63,124 nucleotides of DNA from Candidatus Caccoplasma merdipullorum. GTDB lineage: Bacteria > Bacteroidota > Bacteroidia > Bacteroidales > G3-4614. The notes under the pieces were generated by a model that was given only the letters and a program-made list of their open reading frames with translations, was not told the origin of the DNA and ran no database searches. This document shows, piece by piece, positions 45,561-54,308 of this stretch (positions within the stretch are counted from its first letter, which is position 1; every line of letters starts with the position of its first letter). The position numbers and the translations under genes were made by a program. The stretch covers positions 1-63,124 of the forward strand of contig JADIMW010000076.1 of the NCBI GenBank assembly GCA_017694415.1. Reading direction: 5' to 3'.

Positions 45561-48500
45561 ATGTCGAGTACAATACGTCCTGACGGGACTCTACGTTCTC
45601 CGTCCGACAAAAAGAACAATGGCGGCACACAACGCCCGAACAACGATATAAAACCTTTTGACGACGAAAAAGCCGCTCAATCGGGTACGCAACGCCCTGC
45701 GGCAACGGGCAACCGTCCGCAACAATCCGGTACGCAACGCCCGGATAGCGGTATCAAGCCTTTCGACGGCGGGAACTCTTCTCAGTCGGGTACACAACGC
45801 CCTGCGGCAACGGGCAACCGTCCGCAACAATCCGGCACGCAACGCCCGGGCAGCGGTATCAAGCCTTTCGACGGCGGGAACTCTTCTCAATCGGGAACAA
45901 AGCGTCCTGCAACGGCAGACGAGCAGTCGAAGAAATCGGGTACGCAACGCCCTTCGTTAGACAAAGACAAACAACAGGCAGCTAATAAGCAACAGGTTAA
46001 AGCCGCAGATATAAAAGTGCTTAAACGGGATGATGAATCGTCTGCAAAGGAGTTCGTGCTGAATGGCGTCGTTTATACTGTCGAAGGGCTTATATCGTCT
46101 TCGACGGGAGAGGCCGAGGTGTATAAATTGAGCAAAGGGGGTAATTTGTACGCGTTGAAACTTTATTACTGCGGGTATTCTCCCGACCCTGAAGTGATAA
46201 AGATTCTTAAGGGGATTACCGGTACGGGATTTCTTGTGGATATTATCGATGCCGGTACATGGACTTCTCCGCAGGGGGAGGTGCGCGATTATGAATTGCA
46301 GCCTTATTACAGCGGCGGAGAACTGACGGCTGGAGCGATGAAAAACAAGGCCGAGGTTTTAAAAGCTACTGCTGCGGGGATGATTATGGCGGTAAAGGTA
46401 GCTCACGACCATAATATCTTGCATAAGGATATTAAACCGGGAAATTTCTTCTATTGCGACGAGAGCCATTCTCAAATTATTTTGGCGGATTTCGGTATCG
46501 CGTCGGCATTTAAGCGCGACAGCTCCGGGACAATGATTCCGCTTAAGGCTTATGCGCAATGGAGAACGAAGATTTATGCGGCTCCTGAAATATATACGGC
46601 CATAGACGGGGAGATAGAATATCCCGACGAGAAAAGCGATTATTATTCGCTCGGCATGTCGCTGCTTACCTTGTGGATTGGGGAAAAACCGTTCGAGAAT
46701 ATCGACGAACGCGCGATGATACGTCTGAAACGCGGGGAGAGCGGGACTCTTCCCTACCCCGACGATATGCCGCAACAATTGCTGCATCTGATAAAGGGAC
46801 TGACTGTTCCCAACCCTGAAAAGCGTTGGGGATTCAACGAATTTGAGCGATGGGCGAGAGGCGAGAATGTCCCCGCGGAGGATAATTCACGCCCGTCGGC
46901 AAGCGGACTGAATATTCTTTACAACGGTTCGAAAAATCAAGTCGCTACTTCGAAGGAAGAACTGGCCGCCTTTATGATGGATGATACGAAACTTGCCGAA
47001 CAATACTTGTATAGCGGAAAGATATCGAACTGGATGCTGGAGGCGGGTTATCCCGAAGTGCAAATTCAGATAGATGAAATTATAAATAAACTTTATCCTA
47101 AATCGCGGTACAGCGGAGTAATGGCTGTTTGCTACCTGCTCGATGCCGGGCTGCCGTTTATCGGGATAAAGGGGGACAAACTGAATACCAATGCGGAGAT
47201 TGCCGATGATATAGCCAACAACCCCGATGAATATCAGAAATCGCTCGTTAATGCCGATGCTCCGCTCTATGTGTTTTTCAATGCGAACGGTATTAACCTC
47301 GCCGACAAGTTTCTGCCTATTTTCAAGAAGAATTCCTGGCACGCCGTATGGCAACTCGTTTTTACGCTCGACCCTGCCCACCCGTTTCCTTACAATAATC
47401 CGGAATCGAAAATATTCCGCTGGTGCGATTCGGTAGAGGAGATTATCGACGCTTATGCTTCAGGCCCGATGGATAAATTTACCGATTTGGGTTATCGTAA
47501 CCGGTTCAACACTTATTGCGAACTTATGCTCGGCGATGCGTTCTTCTTATGGCTGGCTCACCGCGACCCGGCTTTAGCAGGCAAGATTAAGAGCAAACTC
47601 TCCGGCGAAAAGGATACGAAGGGGCATCTTATTTACTATCTGCTTTACCTCCTCGACCCTGAACTGCCTTATGAACTCGATAAAAATGCCGACAGCAAAC
47701 ATTTCAACGCCGCACAAATAGGTGTTATGGTCAACACCGATTTACTGATGTATTATATTGCAGGGCGCGAAGAGGGGTACGACAAGTTCGAAAAGAATCT
47801 CGAATCGGCAAACATGCTTGTCGACTGCCGCGATAACAGAATATACTACTATTTGAAGAGTAAGGACGTTTACAAAGACAAACTCGATTATATCTATTAT
47901 TGTTTCGACCTCGAATCGAAAGACAACAAACGGAAAGCGGGACCTTATGATGTCAATATCGCAATATTCAAAGCTATCAAGGCTCTGGCCGGCGATACGT
48001 TCTACTTCTTTCCGAAAAGCGGGAATAGCGTTTCATCGCTCGACGAATTGAAAGATGTGCCTATGGATGAGCAACAATATGAATTGCAAAACGGATTGTT
48101 GAGACATTGGCTGGCCGTACAGTTCCAGGAAGACCCGTTTGCAGACCTTTCGGAAGAGTATTCTTACGAGAATCTGCTGGCTGAATATACCATAGCTCTT
48201 TCCGAAATAGACCCCGGAATTGAAGAACTGCAACGTTTCAACGATGCTTGCGATGATATACAGGGCAGGGTTGACAAGATAAAGAGGAATATCCGAAGTA
48301 TTCGGATAATAAGAGGAGTATGGTATCTCCTCGTTGCACTGCCCCTGCTGCTGATTGGCACAGCGTATTTTATTTGGGGCGTCGAATCGCAATTGACTTC
48401 CGTTATCTCGTGGAAATGGGTTTGGCTGCCGATATTGTCGCTGGCTATACCGCTGCGTTTTCTGCAAATCGTTCCCGCCATCGAGAATGGGTTTACTTCG

Positions 48501-49214
48501 CTTTTCGGCGAAAAACTGGGGGATGCTCTTACCTACCACCGCTGGATTACCTCCGTTTTAATAGCTGCCGTTCCGATTCTGCTTTTTAAGGCAATAGATG
48601 AATGGGGCGGAGAGTACGGTTTTATCTTTATGTCTGTTATTTGCCTCGCTGTTTTATGGGTGCAGTTTTACAAGACAATATTGTCATGCAGACTCTATAT
48701 TAAGTCTTACGACAATGAAATAAATCCGGATGTCGAAGCCGGCACTATCGAACCGCTTTTCTACGCATGGAAAGACAAGGATTCGGATGCGCCTTTTGAA
48801 TCTTCGATAGAAGACGACCAGACATTTTACAACAATGCTCTCGGCGCGATACGCAGAACTACGCTACGGAAAATTTTCAGCGGACTGGTTTATGTTATTC
48901 TTATTTTCTCCTTATGGAGCATTACGTCGCCGGCAAGCACAAAACTGATGCAGCAATATTGCCCGGGTTTTTATGAAATGGTAAGGGAGAGCATGGAGGG
49001 TAGCGCCGCCCAAACCTCGACATATCAGGTCATAAACGTCAAAAGTTCTTTGATGGTACGAGAGAAACCGACTACAAGTTCAACTGCCATCGGTTCGCTG
49101 CGCAACGGACAAAAGATAGAAGTTTATGAAATAGTGGACGGGTTCGCCCGTATCAAATACGGCGACCGCGAGGGGTATGTTAAGGAGACTTACTTGAAAC
49201 TGATTAATGATTAG
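45561..49214 (+). CDS. Transmembrane Hanks-type Ser/Thr protein kinase with a TQRP-repeat N-terminal tail, an unknown ~460-aa central region, ~5 TM helices and a C-terminal SH3b domain
   Basis: Kinase motifs (aa ~165-432): YALKLY (catalytic Lys), HKDIKPGNF (catalytic loop), DFGIA and YAAPEIY. Hydrophobic helices span aa ~915-1125. The C-terminal segment YQVINVKSSLMVREKPTTSSTAIGSLRNGQKIEVYEIVDGFARIKYGDREGYV is SH3_3-like. Confidence 0.85.
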   Translation: MSSTIRPDGTLRSPSDKKNNGGTQRPNNDIKPFDDEKAAQSGTQRPAATGNRPQQSGTQRPDSGIKPFDGGNSSQSGTQRPAATGNRPQQSGTQRPGSGIKPFDGGNSSQSGTKRPATADEQSKKSGTQRPSLDKDKQQAANKQQVKAADIKVLKRDDESSAKEFVLNGVVYTVEGLISSSTGEAEVYKLSKGGNLYALKLYYCGYSPDPEVIKILKGITGTGFLVDIIDAGTWTSPQGEVRDYELQPYYSGGELTAGAMKNKAEVLKATAAGMIMAVKVAHDHNILHKDIKPGNFFYCDESHSQIILADFGIASAFKRDSSGTMIPLKAYAQWRTKIYAAPEIYTAIDGEIEYPDEKSDYYSLGMSLLTLWIGEKPFENIDERAMIRLKRGESGTLPYPDDMPQQLLHLIKGLTVPNPEKRWGFNEFERWARGENVPAEDNSRPSASGLNILYNGSKNQVATSKEELAAFMMDDTKLAEQYLYSGKISNWMLEAGYPEVQIQIDEIINKLYPKSRYSGVMAVCYLLDAGLPFIGIKGDKLNTNAEIADDIANNPDEYQKSLVNADAPLYVFFNANGINLADKFLPIFKKNSWHAVWQLVFTLDPAHPFPYNNPESKIFRWCDSVEEIIDAYASGPMDKFTDLGYRNRFNTYCELMLGDAFFLWLAHRDPALAGKIKSKLSGEKDTKGHLIYYLLYLLDPELPYELDKNADSKHFNAAQIGVMVNTDLLMYYIAGREEGYDKFEKNLESANMLVDCRDNRIYYYLKSKDVYKDKLDYIYYCFDLESKDNKRKAGPYDVNIAIFKAIKALAGDTFYFFPKSGNSVSSLDELKDVPMDEQQYELQNGLLRHWLAVQFQEDPFADLSEEYSYENLLAEYTIALSEIDPGIEELQRFNDACDDIQGRVDKIKRNIRSIRIIRGVWYLLVALPLLLIGTAYFIWGVESQLTSVISWKWVWLPILSLAIPLRFLQIVPAIENGFTSLFGEKLGDALTYHRWITSVLIAAVPILLFKAIDEWGGEYGFIFMSVICLAVLWVQFYKTILSCRLYIKSYDNEINPDVEAGTIEPLFYAWKDKDSDAPFESSIEDDQTFYNNALGAIRRTTLRKIFSGLVYVILIFSLWSITSPASTKLMQQYCPGFYEMVRESMEGSAAQTSTYQVINVKSSLMVREKPTTSSTAIGSLRNGQKIEVYEIVDGFARIKYGDREGYVKETYLKLIND
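45684..45893 (+). repeat. 105-bp in-frame tandem duplication (2 copies, 5 mismatches by my count) inside the kinase N-terminal tail
   Basis: Copy 1 is 45684-45788 and copy 2 is 45789-45893. Each encodes GTQRPAATGNRPQQSGTQRP(D/G)SGIKPFDGGNSSQS. More diverged copies flank them. Confidence 0.9.
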
Positions 49215-49219
49215 GTGTC

Positions 49220-52200
49220 ATGAAATGTAATAATTGTAATACGGATAATCGTCAGGAGGCTCTGTTTTGTAAACATTGCGGAGGGAAACTCGCTCTGCCC
49301 GATACCGACCCGTTTATCGGACTCGTCGGACTTACGGATATTAAACAGCAGATAGCCCAGCTTATTACCACCTTCAATTCTGTGAAGAACAGGGGTGCGA
49401 ATATTACCATCGGGTGCGATACTATTATCATGGGAGCCTCGGGTACCGGCAAGACTCATCTTGCCAACGCTATCGCCAAGGCTCTTTACAGCGCGAATAT
49501 CGTAAAACAGCCGAGGCCGCTAGTTGTGGATGCGGTAGATTGGGATAATTTCGTAAAGGACTGGCAGGAGAATATAAAAAAGGTTCAGGACGGTATTCTT
49601 ATTATAGACAATGTTCAGAAACTTGTTCCGGACGGGTATTCGAAGAATGTTGACAAACTCGATATCTTGTTCAGCGGAATGGACAAGTGGAACGGGAATC
49701 CCATCGTTATAATAACAGGTCTCCCGGACGGATTCAGGGAATATATAGAAGGGAATCCGCAGGTGAGGAACAAGTTTGAGTATTTCTTCCGACTTGAAGA
49801 GTATTCGGCTCAGGAACTTACGGCTATTTGCATAAAGGCTCTGTCGGAAAAATACAAGGTAGGCATAGAAGCCGATGCTTACGGCAAGCTCGAAAGGGTA
49901 ATGATGTTCATTGTCAGGAATAAACCTGAGGGTTGGGGCAACGCTCATGCCGCCCTGAAAATGGCCGATGAGATTTTCTACAACATGGTGCGCCGGGGCG
50001 GAGAAACTGTTTCGTGTGCGGATATCGAGGGTACCGAGTATCGGGACAAGACTTCGGAGGAGATTATGGCGGAACTTGACGAGTTCGTCGGTATCGACAA
50101 TATTCGTACTGAGATAAGGAACTTGATTTCGGAACTAGAATTGAGCAAGGTCCGCTCGAACAAGGACGGCAGCGGCGAGATTAATTCGCATTATATTTTT
50201 TCGGGTAATCCCGGTACGGGCAAAACTACGATAGCTCGCAAAATGGCCGATATTTTCAAAGCTATGGGGGTACTGCCCATAGGGCATCTGGTAGAGGCAG
50301 ACCGCAGCAAACTCGTCGGACAATATGTCGGACAAACGGCAATACAGACAAACAGACTTATAGATAAAGCCATGGGCGGCGTTTTGCTTATAGACGAGGC
50401 TTATACGCTTAATCAGGGGGACAGCGACAATTTCGGACATGAAGCTATCGATACTCTGCTGAAACGACTGGAGGATGACCGCGGGAAGTTCGTATGTATC
50501 GTTGCCGGATATACAAAACAGATGTTCGATTTTATACAGTCGAACCCCGGACTTAAATCGCGCTTTAACAAGGATATTCGCTTTGAGGATTATGACGGGG
50601 GTTCGCTTACGGCGATATTCCGCCAACAGATGGCTTCGAAATCGAAAGAGATGCCCCGGCCGCTGACTTTATCGGACGAGGCGGAACGTAACTTGCGCAA
50701 CTTCTTCGATATGATGTATGCCACCAGAGACAGGAATTTCGGTAATGCAAGGGATGTGCGAAAAGTATTCGAAACAGCCATGTCGCGACAAAGCGCCAGA
50801 CTTACCAAATTGCGTACCGAGGGGCAATTTACTCCCGACATGTTGTTCGTCCTTACCCGCGACGATATTGAAGGGGATGAAAATACACGCGAACTGAATC
50901 TCGACGACATTATGGCTAAAATGGAACGCGAGTTTGTCGGCATGCAATCGGTTAAAGACGCCATGCGGACAATAGGCAAGAAAATGGCTACGAACAGGTT
51001 GAGAATGGAACATGGCGTGGGCGATGCCAAAACTCTTGGCATACATATAAAACTTACGGGTAACCCGGGTACGGGAAAGACCACCGTTGCCAGAACTCTG
51101 GGTGAAATGTTGAAAGCGGTACATGTGCTTCCTACCGATAATGTAATAGAGGTTGACCGCAGCAAGTTGGTTTCGCAGTATGTAGGTGAAACGGCAAAGC
51201 TCGTAAACCAGACCATCGACCGCGCGATGGGGGGTATCTTGTTTGTGGACGAGGCTTATACGTTATCGCAGGATTCGGGCAGCGGCTCGGATTTCGGGAA
51301 GGAGGCTATCGAGACTTTGATGAAACGGATGGAGGACGACAGGGGCAAGTTCGTCTGTATCCTCGCAGGCTACCGCAACGAGATGGATAATTTCATGAGG
51401 GTCAATCCGGGTATAAAGAGCCGCATTACACACCATATCCATATCGAGGATTATTCTCGCGACGAACTGCTGCAGATTTTCAAGAACATGGTGAAGAAGG
51501 AAAAAATGGTTCTTACGCCTGAAGCGGAAGAATTGTCGCGCCGCGCTGTCGATGAAATCGTTTCGGCTAAAAGCAAAGACTTCGGAAATGCCCGGGAAAT
51601 GAGGAAGCTGCTCAATACCACGCTCGACAATCAGGCTAACCGCATTGACAGGCTCGACGGCAATGTTACTAAGGAACAGCTTATAACAATAGAAGCGGAA
51701 GATATTCCGGTTGCAAAACATAAGGATATTGACGAGGAGGAATGTCTGAAGGCTCTCGACAAACTTGTCGGACTCGACGGTGTTAAACAGGAGGTGCGCA
51801 ATCTTGTAAATTACCTGAAGCTGGAAAAGATGCGTGCGGAAGCTCTCGGCAAAAAGTTCGCGGGCATGAGAGACCACTATCTTTTCCTCGGCAACCCGGG
51901 TACGGGAAAAACAACCGTCGCCAGAATAATGGCCGATGTATTCCTGTCGCTTGGCATAACGACGAAGAGCGGCATTGTTGAGGTTGACCGCAGTAAGCTT
52001 GTCGCAAAATACGTGGGTCATACTGCTGAACAAACCAACAACGTAATTGACAGCGCCATGGGCAGCATTCTGTTTATCGATGAGGCCTATACTCTTAATC
52101 AGGGTCCGCAGGACAATTTCGGGAATGAGGCTATCGACACTCTGCTGAAACGTATGGAGGATGACCGCGGCAAGTTCGTATGTATTGCTGCGGGGTATTC

Positions 52201-52549
52201 TTATGAGATGGGCGAGTTCCTCGCTGCCAACTCCGGATTGCAAAGCCGCTTTAACAAAACGATTGTATTCGAGGATTATGATGCTGCTTCGCTCGCTGAA
52301 ATATTCCGCCGCAAGGCTGCCGGAGAGAATTTCACCATGTCGCCCGAAGCTGAATCCGCCATGGTAAACCGCTTTGTCGAACTGTACGAAAACAGGACTC
52401 AAAACTTCGGTAATGCGCGCGAGGTTAATAATGTCTTCCAGAAAGTAAAAGAACGGCAAAGTCAGAGAATTATAGATATGATGATGAAGGGGGGGAGACC
52501 TTCGCCGGCCGACTTGTTGAGTTTTACGCCCGAAGATTTCGCTTTTTAA
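49220..52549 (+). CDS. Zinc-ribbon plus four tandem AAA+ modules (CbxX/CfxQ/SpoVK-like), with the first module degenerate
   Basis: N-terminal ribbon: CNNCN...CKHCG. Walker A motifs are GASGTGKTH (aa 72), GNPGTGKTT (aa 329), GNPGTGKTT (aa 614) and GNPGTGKTT (aa 891). Walker B is LIIDNV in module 1 and L(L/F)(I/V)DEAYTL in modules 2-4. DRGKFVCI(V/L/A)AGY recurs in modules 2-4. Confidence 0.85.
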   Translation: MKCNNCNTDNRQEALFCKHCGGKLALPDTDPFIGLVGLTDIKQQIAQLITTFNSVKNRGANITIGCDTIIMGASGTGKTHLANAIAKALYSANIVKQPRPLVVDAVDWDNFVKDWQENIKKVQDGILIIDNVQKLVPDGYSKNVDKLDILFSGMDKWNGNPIVIITGLPDGFREYIEGNPQVRNKFEYFFRLEEYSAQELTAICIKALSEKYKVGIEADAYGKLERVMMFIVRNKPEGWGNAHAALKMADEIFYNMVRRGGETVSCADIEGTEYRDKTSEEIMAELDEFVGIDNIRTEIRNLISELELSKVRSNKDGSGEINSHYIFSGNPGTGKTTIARKMADIFKAMGVLPIGHLVEADRSKLVGQYVGQTAIQTNRLIDKAMGGVLLIDEAYTLNQGDSDNFGHEAIDTLLKRLEDDRGKFVCIVAGYTKQMFDFIQSNPGLKSRFNKDIRFEDYDGGSLTAIFRQQMASKSKEMPRPLTLSDEAERNLRNFFDMMYATRDRNFGNARDVRKVFETAMSRQSARLTKLRTEGQFTPDMLFVLTRDDIEGDENTRELNLDDIMAKMEREFVGMQSVKDAMRTIGKKMATNRLRMEHGVGDAKTLGIHIKLTGNPGTGKTTVARTLGEMLKAVHVLPTDNVIEVDRSKLVSQYVGETAKLVNQTIDRAMGGILFVDEAYTLSQDSGSGSDFGKEAIETLMKRMEDDRGKFVCILAGYRNEMDNFMRVNPGIKSRITHHIHIEDYSRDELLQIFKNMVKKEKMVLTPEAEELSRRAVDEIVSAKSKDFGNAREMRKLLNTTLDNQANRIDRLDGNVTKEQLITIEAEDIPVAKHKDIDEEECLKALDKLVGLDGVKQEVRNLVNYLKLEKMRAEALGKKFAGMRDHYLFLGNPGTGKTTVARIMADVFLSLGITTKSGIVEVDRSKLVAKYVGHTAEQTNNVIDSAMGSILFIDEAYTLNQGPQDNFGNEAIDTLLKRMEDDRGKFVCIAAGYSYEMGEFLAANSGLQSRFNKTIVFEDYDAASLAEIFRRKAAGENFTMSPEAESAMVNRFVELYENRTQNFGNAREVNNVFQKVKERQSQRIIDMMMKGGRPSPADLLSFTPEDFAF

Positions 52550-52690
52550 AATTACTATTCCGCAATATCGATTTTATATTCAGAATAGTGAAAGAGTGGT
52601 ATTTACAAAGAATTAAAAATATAATGACACCGGAATATAATTGTTCCGAATAAGAACCGCCGGTGTTTAACTTATGATATTTTTTGATTT

Positions 52691-53350
52691 ATGATATGTC
52701 CTAAATGTAAAGCTGATATTCCTGATGATTCCTGGTTCTGCGACCAATGCGGTTGCGAGTTGATGTTTTGCCCTAAATGTAAATCTCCGGCAAAAGGAAA
52801 ACGCTGTACTCAATGCGGCTCGGAACTGGTTACGGGCAAGGAGCTGGGTTTATTCGCGTCTCAACCGGCAACGGCAGCCTCGACGACGCAAGTCCCAAAC
52901 ATTTCTCAACAGCAGAATAATACTACGACGAATATCGACTATAACGATGTATTGAAAAATAACATTTCTGCTCAACCGCAGCCACGGCAACAGGCTCAAC
53001 CGTCCGGTTCTTCTACTTTGCGCGGCTCGTCCGACAGCGCAGGGGGCGTCGATGCGGGTCCTTCCAGACTGGTTATGTTGGATGACCCGTCGAAAGTTGT
53101 GGTGTTTAAGGATAACGGTATTATCGGAAGGACAAACGGAGATTATCTGGATGTTTTTTCGAACCTGCCTTATGTCAGCGGCACGCACGCCAAATTTACA
53201 TTGCACTCGTCGAAGCAATGGCTTATTGCAGACCTCGGTTCGACGAACGGTACGAAATTGCAGAATACCGACTTGATACCTAACAGTAATTATCTGCTTA
53301 AAAAGGGGCAGATTATAGAAATAGGATTCGTTAAATTCAGAGTGGAATGA
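52691..53350 (+). CDS. Double zinc-ribbon plus FHA domain protein
   Basis: N-terminal ribbons CPKCK..CDQCG and CPKCK..CTQCG are followed by a Q/T/S-rich linker. The C-terminal FHA has GIIGRTNGDY...VSGTHAKF...LIADLGSTNGTKL. Confidence 0.85.
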   Translation: MICPKCKADIPDDSWFCDQCGCELMFCPKCKSPAKGKRCTQCGSELVTGKELGLFASQPATAASTTQVPNISQQQNNTTTNIDYNDVLKNNISAQPQPRQQAQPSGSSTLRGSSDSAGGVDAGPSRLVMLDDPSKVVVFKDNGIIGRTNGDYLDVFSNLPYVSGTHAKFTLHSSKQWLIADLGSTNGTKLQNTDLIPNSNYLLKKGQIIEIGFVKFRVE

Positions 53351-54093
53351 AAATCATATACGATGCGGCAAGCGATATGGGGTGCGTACGCTCCAATAAC
53401 GAAGACATGATTCTTATAGACAGGTCTTTCCTGCGCGATGAATCGGCTTCGGGCGAGGTTTTAGTGGATGGCAACAGCAGATTCTGTGCTATTGTTGCAG
53501 ACGGAATGGGAGGAAATAACGGTGGCGAGTTTGCTTCGGATATTGCCTGCCAGGAGTTCGATTCATGGATTAACGATATTCCCTCTAAATTGACTCATGG
53601 GGAGATTCGTGCAAAAGTAAACGAATTTGTACTTAATACTCACACCCTTATAAACTGCAAAGGGGATGAAATGGAGGAATTTAGCGGTATGGGTACCACT
53701 CTCGTCGGCATTTTCTTCTATGAAGGCAGTTCGTATTGGGTCAATATCGGGGATAGCCGCATATATATTTACAGGGACGGCATATTGCGTCAGATTTCAC
53801 GCGACCATTCGATGCGGAACTTGATGAACAATCCGGAACTGCCGGCTAACCTCATTTACAACTCTCTCGGGTCGGGAACCGGCACTGACAGCTTCGCCGA
53901 CTGCGACAATATACCTCTTTTTGAAAATGACTGCATCTTGATTTGTTCGGATGGCCTGAGCGATATGGTCGATGATGAAAAATTAGCTCTTCTGCTTAAA
54001 CAATATGCACCTGCTTCAGCATATGTTTCTTCTGCTAAAGCAGCCGGAGGGGAAGATAACATTTCTGTTATAACCTTATCAATATATAAATAA
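53347..54093 (+). CDS. PP2C-family Ser/Thr protein phosphatase (Stp1/PrpC-like)
   Basis: Motifs are RSNNEDM, VADGMGG, GTTLVG, NIGDSRIY, SDGLSD and GGEDNISVI. The start overlaps the FHA gene stop (ATGA). Confidence 0.9.
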   Translation: MKIIYDAASDMGCVRSNNEDMILIDRSFLRDESASGEVLVDGNSRFCAIVADGMGGNNGGEFASDIACQEFDSWINDIPSKLTHGEIRAKVNEFVLNTHTLINCKGDEMEEFSGMGTTLVGIFFYEGSSYWVNIGDSRIYIYRDGILRQISRDHSMRNLMNNPELPANLIYNSLGSGTGTDSFADCDNIPLFENDCILICSDGLSDMVDDEKLALLLKQYAPASAYVSSAKAAGGEDNISVITLSIYK

Positions 54094-54183
54094 CCTTCTC
54101 CACGCGAATTAGCACTTTCTCGGTGCTTGGTTTATATTTTGAAAAACTTTGAATCAATTAATATGAAAATAGAAATTCCCCGT

Positions 54184-54230
54184 ATGTTTTCTGCTTACGT
54201 CGAGGATTCTCATCGACGTAAGCAAAACAT
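54184..54230. other. Long imperfect hairpin between the PP2C gene and the downstream genes (possible terminator or regulatory structure)
   Basis: atgtttt-ct-gcttacgtcga / tcgacgtaagc-aaaacat gives 11 + 7 bp of stem with a 2-nt bulge and a 9-nt loop. No clean U-tract on the plus strand. Confidence 0.5.
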
Positions 54231-54308
54231 AAACATTTTAAATTTAAACAGCTATGAATTGACCGATTTACCGTAGTTCTAATTTTACAACTTCAAACTC
54301 TTTTTATC

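Noticed and set aside
51263-52459. 398-aa minus-strand ORF (with similar ones at 50135-50626 and 50590-51216)
   Set aside because: These are antisense to the AAA+ gene, where repeated Walker motifs clearly define the plus-strand frame.
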